NCBI GenBank assembly: GCA_028534125.1
Contig: CM052816.1
Coordinates: forward strand, 70,372,001-70,436,000
Origin: Lama glama
Taxonomy: Eukaryota
Reading direction: 5' to 3'
Length of the DNA stretch: 64,000 nucleotides
Every line of letters starts with the position of its first letter. Position 1 is the first letter of the stretch. Of the stretch, positions 51,136-63,377 are shown one piece after another. The notes beneath the pieces were generated by a model. That model saw only the letters and a program-made list of their open reading frames with translations, made no database searches and was not told where the DNA came from. Both the position numbers and the translations under genes were made by a program.

Positions 51136-52136
51136 ACCCTGACATATTGGCCAATAAAAAAAAGGTAGCATGGGCCTTTTATATAACTGTATACATATAC
51201 ATGTATGTAGATTAATGATCAGAGGTATGGAAAAGAATGTTCATTAAATGTTAAGAGTGGTCTGCTGTTAGCTTTCTGGAGAACTTCAGTTTCTTTGTAG
51301 CTTTTTGTGTTACGTTTGTTTTATATTGTTCACAGAAGTTGCTGTATTTACAAAATCAAAACATTTTCACAAAAATAAGGAAAATGTAGAATATTTTGGC
51401 ATACCCAGAGACGTGTTTCTCCTGGGCATTTTTACATACTTCTGTTTAGGTTTAAACCACATTTATGCTGTAATTACACCATAATTATTTTAAAAAGAAA
51501 CTGTCATTCTCCTAGTTTTCTATGTTCCGGTCCTTCACGAAATCAAACAATTGCAATGAGAGGAAAACAGAAGACTTACAATGTTGTTCATTGGGGAGAC
51601 TTGTGGTTTGTTTAGGTTTTACTTTTGACTAGATTTTACTTATTTGAATACTTAATATGTGCCGAACACCATGCCGGACACTAGACAAATCTTGTTCCCA
51701 AAGAAAGCGGCATAGCTCTGAAGCAGGAGGTGATAAAATACCGAAAATAGAGAATCGGGGTCAGGGAGTCAGATTTAGCAGCTCAATAAAAAAAAAAAAA
51801 AATCAGTGATTATGTGGAAGGTGAGGGGGAGCTTCACCTCCCACACATGCCCAGCTCCTGCTCAGCTCTTGGCAATGTTTCCAAAGTGCACGACACAAAA
51901 ACAGTTTTACACAGAGTCCTGATTTCATGAAATCTGGAACATGCGCTTTATAGTAATGGTGTTAAACCTCGATTTGATCGTGTATTTTCTGTATCATGAT
52001 TCACACAGGCTATCAAAGGCAAAATTAGAAAGTTCTACAACATGAGGTGGCAAGGGGAAAAACAGTGCCTCAATTTCCAGGTTAAACACACAGTGAATCA
52101 CCAAAGGAAATTTTCACCGCATTAACCTGTCCTCAC

Positions 52137-52241
52137 CAAGTCTTTTATGTGCCGGAAATTTTCACTCTTGAAAGATACAGGAGAAGATGTCTGTCCTATT
52201 TTCAGTGGATTTATTTCGGCATTGCAGCTGATGTCACCGGC
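52137..52241 (-). CDS. ITGA2: ITGA2 exon (~26): AGDISCNAEINPLKIGQTSSPVSFKSENFRHIKDL
   Basis: gtag|GCC ... TTG|gtgagg; 105 nt. Confidence 0.95.
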
Positions 52242-53225
52242 CTACAGAGAAGGACATCAAATCAGTCTTAGGCAGTAAAATGGTTTGTGATATTCCTTCC
52301 AACCTGTTAGGAAGTCCTGTTGTCACACACGGGGGCAAGGGACGGGCTGCTGGGAACCTCTCCCAGTGCTGACCTGGCCACACTCCTGGTCGTCACTAAT
52401 GGAAGCGCTGAAGTATTCAGATCCTCCTGACATGACCTGATGGGGTGGTGCAGGTCCTTACGGCCCATGTGTGAGGAGGTCAGTGTGTAGTAACAATGGG
52501 CTGTGGGTGATTTAGCTCAGGGTTCTTTTCTGTGGAGAAGTTGAGGAGTTTGCTTTCCTGTAGTCACCTCTGAACGCCACGGAAACAACACCGCTGTAGC
52601 ATTAGCTAAGTGCCAGAGCAGGGCTGAGCCACCATCAGGGGCTTTGGCTACAGCATGTTAGAACTGCCTGGTGGTGGCGGGGGTGGTGGTGGCGGGGGGC
52701 TTTTAAAGAAAACACCGGTGCTGCAGCCTTAGCCCTGGAGACTGATGTCACTGCCTGGGTTGGGCCTGGGTGTCACTCTTATTTAAAAAGTGACCCCCAG
52801 TCGTTAAATGCACAGCCAGGGTCGAGGGCTATGGAGTGGAAGTCCAGGCTGGCAGGTTGAAGACAGGTACTGATTGCAGCTGTGTAGACCAGCTACTCTC
52901 CCATGTGGGTTCAACCTCTCACTTCCCAGTCAACTAACTTCTCTATAAAACAGGGCATTGACAAAGTCAGATCTTCACTTGGTCAAAATGGGGTTTGAAT
53001 AATGATTTCTGCTATCTGTAAACTCCTAGACTCAGACATTTGTTTTCTTATAATGATATCCTGCTTCTAATATGAAATTAACTGCTAGTTAATTTGCACC
53101 CAGGATGCATAGGGGTTCTCTCTTTAGTTTGATATCTACGAGATGGCAGACATAGTCCCCCCAACCTCATGGGTTCATTTCTTATCAAAGGTGCACAGTT
53201 TTGTAGGTAGTTTGGCTGCCCTTAC

Positions 53226-53336
53226 CTGGTCTGTGTGCACGCCGGTCAGGTACATCAGTGGGTTCTTGTCTTTGGTGTATTGAGGGATGCGGATGACTAC
53301 AGATGCCATGCTTACTGGAACACTTCCTGTTGTTAC
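53226..53336 (-). CDS. ITGA2: ITGA2 exon (~25): VTTGSVPVSMASVVIRIPQYTKDKNPLMYLTGVHTDQ
   Basis: gcag|GTA ... CAG|gtaagg; 111 nt; NPLMYL motif. Confidence 0.95.
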
Positions 53337-53589
53337 CTGCGTAGAAAAAACATTCTCCTGATTGTTGCTACCTCATACACATATTGCAAAGAAAGTGCTC
53401 TGTAACCTTGGTGTTGATGAAGGGTAACTATTAAGTGCTAAGACTCAGTCCATATGAAAGTGGGTCATTACTTTATGGTCTCTCTTTGGGTCCCTGTGTT
53501 TCACCGCTTGGAAGAATTTCAGCATCTACAATTTTAACTGGTAAATAATTTGTGACTTAGGAGATGGTTTTAAAACACCTACCATCCAT

Positions 53590-53940
53590 GGATTTGGAGT
53601 GTTACGGCATGAAGTCCCACTGTGCACCTGACTAGCAGTGTGGCTTGGGCAAAGAACTTGACCTCTCTATGCTTCAGCTTTCTCATTTGTAAAATACAGA
53701 TTATCAGCAACTCAGTAGGTATGCACAGGTACAGCCTCTGTGCTCACTGGTGGGAAGTCTGTTCTAGTTGCCAGTGCTCATGCCCTACTGGTTGTTACAT
53801 ATTGTTAAGAACACTCATAGGAATAATAATCCTACCAATCTCATTACTGATCTGGGAATTAAATGAAGTAACATAGATAAAGCATTTGATACAAAGACTG
53901 ATACTTATTACACGTTCTAAGAATATTATTATATTGTTAC
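53590..53940. mobile_element. MIR SINE (interrupted)
   Basis: tgtggcttgggcaaagaacttgacctctctatgcttcagctttctcatttgtaaaat. Confidence 0.65.
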
Positions 53941-54481
53941 TACTAATTGACTAAATGTTTCACTAAAGAAGTAATTGTCAAATACTATGCACATTTAATA
54001 AATTTCAGTATCTGGATTACAAACCAAGACTCCTTGCAGAGTTGCAAGCTGGTGACAGACTAGTAGGACATGTTCAAAACTAAAATGGTAATGACTTAGG
54101 GTAGTGGATGAATTCTTTCCTTTTTATTTTCCAAAGTTTATGTAATATAAAATAGTCATTCTCTCATAAATTCATTTCTCTTTATATAGCAAAACAATCT
54201 TTAATAATTGCTAATGAACAGTCAATAGAAATAGATTTAAAAATATTTTATATGCTACTTAGCATGTACAGAACACGTATTTGTATACAATGGTGAGCTT
54301 TTCAAATAGAAGTGGTTTCCAAGGATAAACTGGCATACTAATTATATCCCGAAGACTTTTGCCCATAGTAGTACCATTATATTAATATTCAGCATTTGCT
54401 TTCAAAATGTATCAGATATCCATTACCCAGGACACATAACTATGCATAAAGCCCAGCTGTTTACTTATCAATGGTCTATCT

Positions 54482-54667
54482 TTGTGGTTCTCAAAGTATG
54501 GCACCTGGACCAGAAGCATCAGCATCACCTGGGAACTCGTTAGAAATGCAAAGTTAGGTCCACCCTAGACCTTTTGAATCAGAAACACTGGAGCTGGAGC
54601 CCAGTGACCTGTATTTTAACAAAGACCCCAAGTGATTCTAATGCGTGCCGAAGTTTGAGGACCACTG
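54482..54667. mobile_element. MER5A hAT element
   Basis: gtggttctcaaagt...gcatcagcatcacctgggaactcgttagaaatgcaaa...aagtttgaggaccactg. Confidence 0.9.
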
Positions 54668-54765
54668 GTATATTTCAACTTTTATTTACTTTCTTCTCCT
54701 CCTCCTGGCCTCATTTTCCTTCCCCGTTTCTTCTAATTTCACATCCTTATGACAGGCTTACCAAC

Positions 54766-54868
54766 CTTAATGGAGAAGATGAATTTTGGACCGATATCTT
54801 CAAAATTGTGCACGATAGAAGGAACATTTCCATCTGAAGAGACTTCATAAAAATTCACGTTGGTAGAT
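54766..54868 (-). CDS. ITGA2: ITGA2 exon (~24): STNVNFYEVSSDGNVPSIVHNFEDIGPKFIFSIK
   Basis: aacag|A ... AAG|gttggt; 103 nt; donor chosen because it preserves the frame. Confidence 0.92.
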
Positions 54869-57800
54869 CTGTTGGATAATGTTTGTAAAGTCAGATAAAT
54901 ATTTTAGTTATGCCATTGTTCTTGGAGCCTAATATTTCTTTTATTTAAGTATCTTCTATCTTTTGTTACAAGTAAAAGGTTTTGCATTTAGGTATAAAAC
55001 ATTAGATGAAAACAAATGCGTGTTATGGACTTATGGTCCAGGTTACATTTCTAAGGCTAAAACAAGTTCTTTTCAAAACTTTTCCCTTCATGATCTTCTG
55101 CTGAGACTCTGTTATATGTGTCTCAGTTACAAAGTTTCTTACATAAGTACAAATGTATTACTTGAGAACTTATAGTGAAACTCCTCTCAAGATTGCTATT
55201 ATATTGACCGGTATGTTAATATAGTAGACACCTGGTCCTTATTGACTGGTTTGAAAACCAGAGGACTTTCCATTTGGTATGATGGCTGAAATACAGTGAC
55301 AGGGTATCGGGTATTAGCTCCTGCAGTATTCATCACTGGATGCCTGTGAATCAGGGTATACCTTTTGTTTATTATTCCTCCTCCCTATCCCTCCCTGGTT
55401 CCAAACTCTGACACTTTGGTCTGAATTGGGGCTGGTCAGTCTGTTTCCACCACTAGTATGGAGACCAACTTGAAGACTGCTGACCCAGAAGTTTTATTAG
55501 ACTAGACCTAGAGGCATTGACCTAATTGGACTTCTTTTTTTGGGACTGCCAACTAGTGTTTGCAAGTGGAGTGATGACCAGGCCATGGGAACCCCCACAG
55601 GACCACTCAGCTTGGATGTAACTGGATACCTTTCCTTTTCTTCACTCATTTCTTTCAATCCGAGGCTGGATTCCAACCAGAGTAGCTACATTGAGAGTTG
55701 TGGGGCAGACAGCAGGGGTGGGAGACTGAGAAGCAATATTTATTCCCACCAGACAATTTATCCTAATTATAGGAGGCTTACTCTGTTTTCTTAAAAAGTG
55801 GACTGGACAGTTTCTGAGATAAGAGTCTTTTTGATTTCTTTACTGAAAATCTTGCCTTTATTTTTTAATGCCTTAATTTTTCCAAATTCTCAAAAGGAAA
55901 ATATGTCATAGGGACTTAAATATAGATGGAGTATTTCTCAAAGTTTTGTCTATAAGAGGAAATAATGATTTGTCAGCCTTACATGGAAAATGGGAAAACT
56001 GAGTAAGGCTTAAAACAGAAAGTCTGGCTGTATGTGCATGAATTATTCCCTTTGCCTTCCAGAAGACTTCTGTGGGAGCCCCTAAGTATGGCCAGCTTTT
56101 AAACTGATTAATATGCTTTGCTTTTGCATTTTAAAGAGATCCAACCTTTTTTCCATTTGTTCCTTAAGTGTTCCTTAAGTTACTCAAGTGTTGATCAGTG
56201 TATTTATAATAGCAGTTAGCTATGCTCAGGAAGGTCCTGTTACAGAAATAATCCTACTGTCACTTATTTCCACCCATATTTACCCAATTGCATGTTTGTA
56301 CAGTATCAGAGTGGTTGCTAAGGGATACACTCAATGATTGGGTAGGACTTTTTTTTTTCCAAAAAAAAGTAAATAAAATGTATGTTTTTGAGGCATGCAT
56401 ATAACTTAGTATATAAATTAACTCTATGGCTGAAAAGTATTCTGAAAAGAATCAAATTAATCACCTCTAATATGACTGTATAAGACCAGAGGAGGTGGGA
56501 AGGGATGATGTCACTTTTCATTGTGTATCCTTCATAATGTTTAGATTTTCTATCCACGTACATTTAAGGCTTTTCTTTTTAACAAAACATCAAGAGAAAT
56601 GATCTGGGTGGTAGGTTTAGAAGCCACTTCAGCTTTTTTCTTTATACTTCTCCATATTAATTTTTTAAACTATATAATATACTTTCAAGAACATCAGAAT
56701 GTCTGAGAACCTAATTTACCATCACAAAAGTACATAGCTAAGCTGTTAGTAAAAGTGAAGTCTCACTTCAATATTATATTTATTTCATGTTAAAATATCT
56801 GAAAAAATTGGCCATGGTGGGAGAGTGGAATCATAACAAGGCTCTATAAACTAAAAGCATTTAGGATGAGAAGGAAGAGTTACAGTAGGAAGAAAAAAGT
56901 TCAGGTAAGAGTGGTGCTAGCAATCTCTTTGGCTGTGTCTGTCTCCAGTTACTTATTTTAGCAGCTGAGGGCCCTTTGAAGTCTGCAGTTACTGAATACT
57001 TTTTCAGGGATGGATGACTTGGGCTGGACCTTGTTTCTGCTTTTGCTCTTTGCAACTCACTCGATACAGAAGCATTCTTTTCATCTTTGCTCATGTGTCT
57101 CGAGCTCTAGACATAATGACGTATTTTCCTTTTTGTTTTTGTTCAGGGAGCTCCTGGATGACCCACATATTCCACGCTTTTAGGGGCTGGAGTGATGTTA
57201 GAGAAACCTGCGGTCACTGGATTCGCAGCCTGGCCTCTTGGGAATACACTGGTGCGTGTTTTCCAGGGGTCCTTGATCTGTGCTGGGAAGCTGCCTTAGT
57301 GTGTCAGCAGGTAGAGAACTCTGGTTCCCAGGCTTGGAGGTGGGTGTCACCTGCGGTTTGTGGACCTGCATATCTGTGCCCCTATGTCTGTGCCCATGAA
57401 CCCACTTCACTGCTAAATGAGAATGAAGGTGATGATATTAGCACCTTGAGTGTTTATATTACTCACCTCTCAAGACACCTGTCTCTGAACAATTCAAAAA
57501 ATAACTGGTATCGACTATTACCATTTTGGCCAGGGCTCTCAGATTTACTTGCTCTAGGCAGCCAAGAAAAGGGAAGAGCTCATTTCTTTCTGGGTGACCT
57601 CTTTTGAAAACCGCCTCATTTCCTCCTGGTTGCAAGAAACTTTTAATCTGTTATGTCAGGAATTTTCCACCCAGAAACTAATTTCCTGTGACGAGATTCA
57701 ATATTTGTGGTGGACCTACTGTATGCCAAAGCATTGTGCTTATGGCTTTAATATCCAGGAATGGAGCTACCACTTCAGATCTCAGGTGGACAGCAGGACA

Positions 57801-58132
57801 CAGGCGTGGGAATGAAGTGGTGGCATCTCCTCAGGGCCCTATGCACTCTGCTTTGATGGCCCACCTGAGGACCTGCAAGGACTTCCCTGTGGCATATGGC
57901 AGATGGTTATTCCTTTGCCTGTCTGGTGTTGTCAGTAAACCTAGAGGGTCACTGAAGATTCCCCTAGGGACCAGTCTGTCCCTGAACTTCTGTTTAGTTG
58001 ACCCTAGGGGGAAACATTTTAATTCAAATTCCCCAGTTAAGAATGAGCATACAGACAACTTTAGTCACGAGCCAAATGTGTTACAAGCCAGAGTGATGGC
58101 CATGGTCACAGGCTGCCCACTGTTTCACCTAC

Positions 58133-58216
58133 CTTGTTATGTGAATTTCTGCATCATACAACAGAGAAAGTTGGAAATTGACTGAATTATCTGCCTGGTT
58201 TTCTTCCCAGCTTTCA
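58133..58216 (-). CDS. ITGA2: ITGA2 exon (~23): ESWEENQADNSVNFQLSLLYDAEIHITR
   Basis: aacag|T ... AG|gtaggt; 84 nt; separated from the previous exon by an 86-nt intron. Confidence 0.93.
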
Positions 58217-58302
58217 CTGTTGAAAGGAACATTAGGAAATTACTTAAAGAGAAATGTTATAAAAGCCACCCATTATCAAATCATGACTTCATTATGTTTT
58301 AC

Positions 58303-58379
58303 CTTGAGGCATTGAAACTGACAGATGCCTGATTCTGAAGGTTCTGAAGATTGAAGTCGAAGTTAATAGTAAAAGTCAC
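58303..58379 (-). CDS. ITGA2: ITGA2 exon (~22): VTFTINFDFNLQNLQNQASVSFNASS
   Basis: tatag|GTG ... AG|gtaaaa; 77 nt; phase consistent with both neighbours. Confidence 0.93.
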
Positions 58380-58964
58380 CTATATACAAAATTAAAATCC
58401 ATCAATCTATGATGCTTTGTACTCAGGGGCCAACATGAAAAAAAAAAGTGTCCCATAAAAGTAAACTCACTCTCTGATTTCATTTGATTCTGATTTTTAT
58501 ATAGTTAAGCTTTGAAATTTTTAGAACATCCGTGTATCTGTCCACCTTGCCTCACTTTCAGAATTGAACTGAGTTTAACTACCGTATACAAACAGCACAC
58601 CACCAGCACTCACACTTGTCCGAGTTTGAAGGCTTTGTGCTAATGTGAAATTTGCTTACCCAGGGTTTAACAAATGATATCCATGACTCTGTGTAAAGCA
58701 CTTTGACCAGAGTTGGCAAGTGTGTTGAGAAAAAGAACTTTCCATATGTGCTTTTGGAATGAACTGCTTGAGGGGAAATCTCACATTTATTAATAACTTA
58801 AAGAAAACATGCAGCTATTGAAAAACTTCCTCTAAATATGCAACCAGTTATTTTGTGGTGCCTGTCAAATGATGATGCCTAATAGAGAAGATGCTATGTT
58901 GGTGAATCAACACCAGAGCCAAGAAGGGGCCAGCATGGGTGTGAGAATGAAATGCAAACTGTAC

Positions 58965-59057
58965 CTGTTGCTCCCTCTTTAAAGCAGGGTAACCTACGTC
59001 ACAGGTAACAGACTTCTGAGACGAAGCAATCTGGCATGTCACTTCTGTCCCATCAAC
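58965..59057 (-). CDS. ITGA2: ITGA2 exon (~21): VDGTEVTCQIASSQKSVTCDVGYPALKREQQ
   Basis: GT-AG boundaries; 93 nt; CxVGYP motif. Confidence 0.95.
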
Positions 59058-60158
59058 CTGAATGAGACCAAGGAAACAATGATCAATTAGTATTTAGTGC
59101 GTGCATGTGAGTGTGTGCACATATGTGCCAAAGGGGCTGCTAAACCACATGGACATTTTAACAGTAAGGTTGGTTCATATCCAAGTAATTATCTCCCAAG
59201 AGTTGAAAAATTTCGTATATATTGTCCAGATAGCTAATATACTATGTTTATAGCTAAGCAGGATACCCAGCAAGTCAAAGGAGAGGTCAAATACTGGAAT
59301 TTTTTCCCCCAGAAGTCAGTCATAGTTCTTATATTTCAGGAGCACAAAATAACTTTAATCTGCTATTTAGAAATGCTGTCTTTGATATACACCTTTCAAT
59401 ATATTTGAAATTTTGTAGTTTCAGGAGAAGAGAACAAAACCATATCTTGGTCTTTATATTTTAAATAAAGAATCTTTTTTAGTTTTCCTCAGGCTTTATC
59501 TCTTTGAAATAAGAAGTTGTCATCTGGCAGAAGAAATTTACAGAATAAGTTTAGAACATAAATCTATTAAGTTCATATTGACTTTAAACTGGATGAAACC
59601 ATTTTTTAATCCTTTCATCAAGTAGTGTGTTTGGAAAATCTCAGCTTTTCCCTTCTCCCCTTTTCATTGCTTGGTGACAGAGGAGGGACCAGGGGGCATT
59701 CATGGTCAAGTGTGTTCCTGGTATAGCAATCAAGTCAACATGATTAACTGACCCTGCTGGAATGCATCATCTTGGCAGCAGCAAGACCTGTGGTTACAAA
59801 GCTCGGGCTGAGCTGTGGGGCTCTAATTTCTCAGAGCAAGTGCAGCTCATGGCATCTGTGCAGCACCACGGCAGCCTCATCACACAGATGGCTTGAGGAG
59901 AGTTTACGGTAGAGTCTGGCTACTGCTGCCAAAGGAAAAACTGACCCACGCTGTGAAGTAGAACTAGTCTAGATACACAGCCAGGCTATGTTCTCAAGTG
60001 GTTTAACTAGTTGGGAGCCACACAGTTAGGATTGCTTATGCTGAGGGTTAAGGTGCTTCTTTAGACAACACAGAGGACACAGAGCTTTGAGTATAAAGAA
60101 GAGAGTAATTGACAAGTACAAAACAGAGCAGCAATTAACACAGGATGCCATCACCTAC

Positions 60159-60300
60159 CGGCATGGACCAGGAAGCAAAAAACAGGTTTTCAGAAAAATC
60201 AACAACAACTCTAGTGTTGTATGCACTTTCCTTTTGGTTTTTCAGTTTTACTGAAAATGTTAACCTTTTGTTTTGGTTGCTGACAATGAAGGGCTGCTGT
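60159..60300 (-). CDS. ITGA2: ITGA2 exon (~20): QQPFIVSNQNKRLTFSVKLKNQKESAYNTRVVVDFSENLFFASWSMP
   Basis: aacag|A ... CCG|gtaggt; 142 nt; ESAYNT calf-domain motif. Confidence 0.95.
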
Positions 60301-60585
60301 CTGTTAAAAAGGAGAAAAAGAAAAAAGTCATTACAGGTGAAAAAAAGGGCCAGTATTCAAATACTTCACTCATTTTAAAAATAAACTCTTTAGATTTACT
60401 GAGAAAATTGCTTAATAAATTTTCTTCATAGTAAAATAATATTGACAATAAATGAATAAATGCTATTAGTTTCTTCTTTGTTGCTTTTAATTACATTGCA
60501 GAAAAAGGCGCCATCCAAATACAAGTGGTTTTCTATTTTTTAGTGTTTTACACCTATACATATGAGAGAAATTGAAATTTATATT

Positions 60586-62470
60586 CTTTATTTTTTTATT
60601 GAAGTATGGTTGATTTATAATAGTGTATTGGTTTTAGGTGTTCAACATAGTGATTCAGTCTTTTTATAGATTATACTCCATTAAAAGTTATTACAAAATA
60701 ATGGCTATATTTTTCTATGCTGTACAATGTATATTTGTTGCTTATCTATTTTATACATAATAGTCTGTATCTCTTTATCCCCTACCTCTATCACACCCCT
60801 TCCTCCTTCCCTCTCCCCACTGGCAACAACTAGTTTATTCTTTTTAATCTGTGAGTCTATTTCTGTTTTGTTATATACATTTATTTATTTTTTAGATTCC
60901 ATAGATATAAATGGTAACATAGAGTATTTGTCTTTCTCTTTTTTCACTAAGTGTAATACCCTTTAGGTCCATCTATGTTGTTGCAAATGGCAGCATTTCG
61001 TCTTTTTTATGGCTAAGTAATATTCCATTGTATATATACGTGTGTGTGTGTGTGTACATATGTATGTATAAATATGTGTCATATTTATCCATTCATCTGT
61101 TGATGGACACTTAGATTGCTTCTATATGTTGGCTACTGTAAATAATGCTGCTATGAACTTTGGGGTGCGTGTGTCTTTTCGAATTCGTGTTTTTGTTTTC
61201 TTTGGACATGTATCCAGCAGTAGAATTGCTAGAGCAAATGGTAGTTCTATTTTTAGTTTTTTGAGAAACCTCCATACTCTTTTCCACAGTGGCTGCACCA
61301 ATTTACATTCTCACCACAGTATGCAAGGTACCCTTTTCTCCACATTCCTGGCCACCATTTGTTATTTGTGTTCTTTTTGATGATAGCCATTCTGACAGAT
61401 GTGAGGTGAGATCTCATTGTGGTTTTGATTTGCATTTTCCAGATGATTAGCAGTGTTGACCAACTTTTTATTTGCCTGTTGGCCTTCTCTATGTCTTCTT
61501 TGGAAAAATATCTGTTGAGATTTTCTGCACATTTTTTAAACTGGGCTTTTTTTTTTTTTGATGTTGAGTTGTATGAACCGTTTATATATTTTGGATATTA
61601 ACCCCTTATTGGTCAAATCATTTACAATTATTTTCTCCTATTCAGTGGGTTTTTAGTGGGTTGTCTCTTTGTTTTGTCAATGGTTTTCTTTGCTAGGCAA
61701 GAGCTTTCAAATTTGATTAGGTCCCATTTGTTTATTTTTGCTTTTATTTATTTTGCTTTAGGAGATCAGAGCCAAAAAGAAAAAAGAAAAAAAAAATACT
61801 GCTGTGATTTGTGTCATAATCTGCCTAAGTTCTCTTCTAGGAATTTTATGGTTTCAGGTCTTACATTTAGCTCTTTAATCTATTTTGTGTTTATTTTTAT
61901 GTATAGTAATGAGGAAATGTTCTAAATTTACTCTCTTACATGTAGCTGTCCAGCTTTCCCAGTATCACTTATGAAGAGATTGTCTTTTCTCCATCGTGTA
62001 TTCTTGCCTCCTTTGTTGTAGATTAATTGACCATAAGTGTGTGGGTTTATTTCTGGGCTCTCTATTCTGTTGCATTGATCTATATGTCTCTTTTTGTGCC
62101 AGTACCATGCTGTTTTGATTACTGTAGCTTTGTAGTATAGTCTGAAGCCACGGAGCATGATACATCTAGCTTTGTTCTTTTTTTCTTAAGATTGCCTTGA
62201 CAATTTGGGGTCTTTTTTTCGTTCAAATAAATTTTATGGTTATTTGTTTTAATTCTGTGAAAAATGGCATGGGTATTTTGATAGGAATTGCATTAAATCT
62301 GTAAATTGTTTTGGGTAGTATGGCCATTTTAACAATATTAATTCTTCCAATCCAAGAGTATGGGATATCTTTCCATTCCTTTGGATCACTTTCAAATTCT
62401 TTCATCAATGTTTTATAGTTTTCAGAGTGTAGGTCTTTCACCTCCTTGGTTAAGTTCATTCCTAGATATT
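60586..62470 (-). mobile_element. 5'-truncated L1 (~1.9 kb) with target-site duplication, sense to ITGA2
   Basis: Frameshifted ORF2 pieces ([37 protein letters not shown]); TSD TTGAAATTTATATT (60572-60585) / TTGAAATTTAGATT (62471-62484). Confidence 0.93.
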
Positions 62471-62603
62471 TTGAAATTTAGATTTTAAAGGTCTTTAGTA
62501 GTTATGGATGTTTCTTTTGTAGGAAAAAAAAATCTCCATAAACATTTATTTGAATAAAGTAACCTAACATGTCTTTTACACTGAACGTTAAAGTAAAACT
62601 TAC

Positions 62604-62686
62604 TGAGCAGCTGGCAGCTGTTGAACATCTAGAACTAGATCAGAGATACAAACTCCGTCATCTCCACAGTCTTTATAGAAAGGAAT
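62604..62686 (-). CDS. ITGA2: ITGA2 exon (~19): IPFYKDCGDDGVCISDLVLDVQQLPAAQ
   Basis: GT-AG boundaries; 83 nt; integrin alpha genu motif PFxKDCGxDxxCxSDL. Confidence 0.95.
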
Positions 62687-63009
62687 CTACAAAAAGGAAA
62701 AGCAATCCCAAAGCGTGCTCTTGAGTTAAAAAAGCAAATTATGGAAGAACATATGCAGTATTATTCCATTTACATCAAGTTCAAAACCATGTAAAAATAA
62801 GCAGTGTTTTAGGAATACATGTTTAGCAACATCAGAAAGAAAAGCACCAATAAATGCAAAATTCAAGATGATGATTTGCCTGGTGGCACAAGATAAAAGT
62901 GGGTATGATGGGGTGGGGAGCGATAGAGAATTTCATAGGTATTGGTACCATTTTATTGTTTTTAAGGGGGTGGTGAGCACAAGATGTTTGCTTCATTGTT
63001 GCTTATTTC

Positions 63010-63125
63010 TTCAAAAAATATTTACTGAGCACCTGTGGTGGGCCAAGCACTGCTCAAGGTGCTGGGAATAGAGTAGAGAACAAGGAAGGCAGGAATCTCT
63101 GCCTTCATGGAACTTACATGCTGGT
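63010..63125 (-). mobile_element. L2 3' end fragment
   Basis: aaatatttactgagcacctgtggtgggccaagcactgctcaaggtgctgggaata...tctctgccttcatggaacttaca. Confidence 0.7.
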
Positions 63126-63266
63126 GAACTTGACATACAAGTAACTGTATTTCACTTCGAAAATTAACAGTGTAAAGGCTATGTCCTGAGTATCTTTCAA
63201 ACGCGACTGCAGTGACTGTGAAACTGTTAGCCAGTCTGAATTCCAGGAAGGGCAAACCACACTTAC

Positions 63267-63377
63267 ACTGAAGGCTTTGGCTGTCTCAGAGTAGGCTTCG
63301 AGGGCAGGGCTGGTGCCAGGGTTTTCCAGACTGATGTTCACACACAGATGCAAAGAGCTGACAACATCAGAGGGCTT
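63267..63377 (-). CDS. ITGA2: ITGA2 exon (~18): KPSDVVSSLHLCVNISLENPGTSPALEAYSETAKAFS
   Basis: tag|AAG ... AGT|gtaagt; 111 nt; matches recalled integrin alpha-2 SLENPGTSPALEAYSET. Confidence 0.93.

Noticed and set aside
52668..52700. G-rich run with G-quadruplex potential
   Set aside because: Low-complexity expansion within a degraded MER5-like repeat; no supporting context
57014..58185. Longest ORFs in the track (197 aa and 165 aa, + strand)
   Set aside because: Antisense within an ITGA2 intron; no recognisable domain or supporting exon structure; consistent with chance ORFs
61253..62459. L1 ORF2-like ORFs as an active retrotransposon
   Set aside because: 5'-truncated, frameshifted and interrupted by stops; cannot be autonomous
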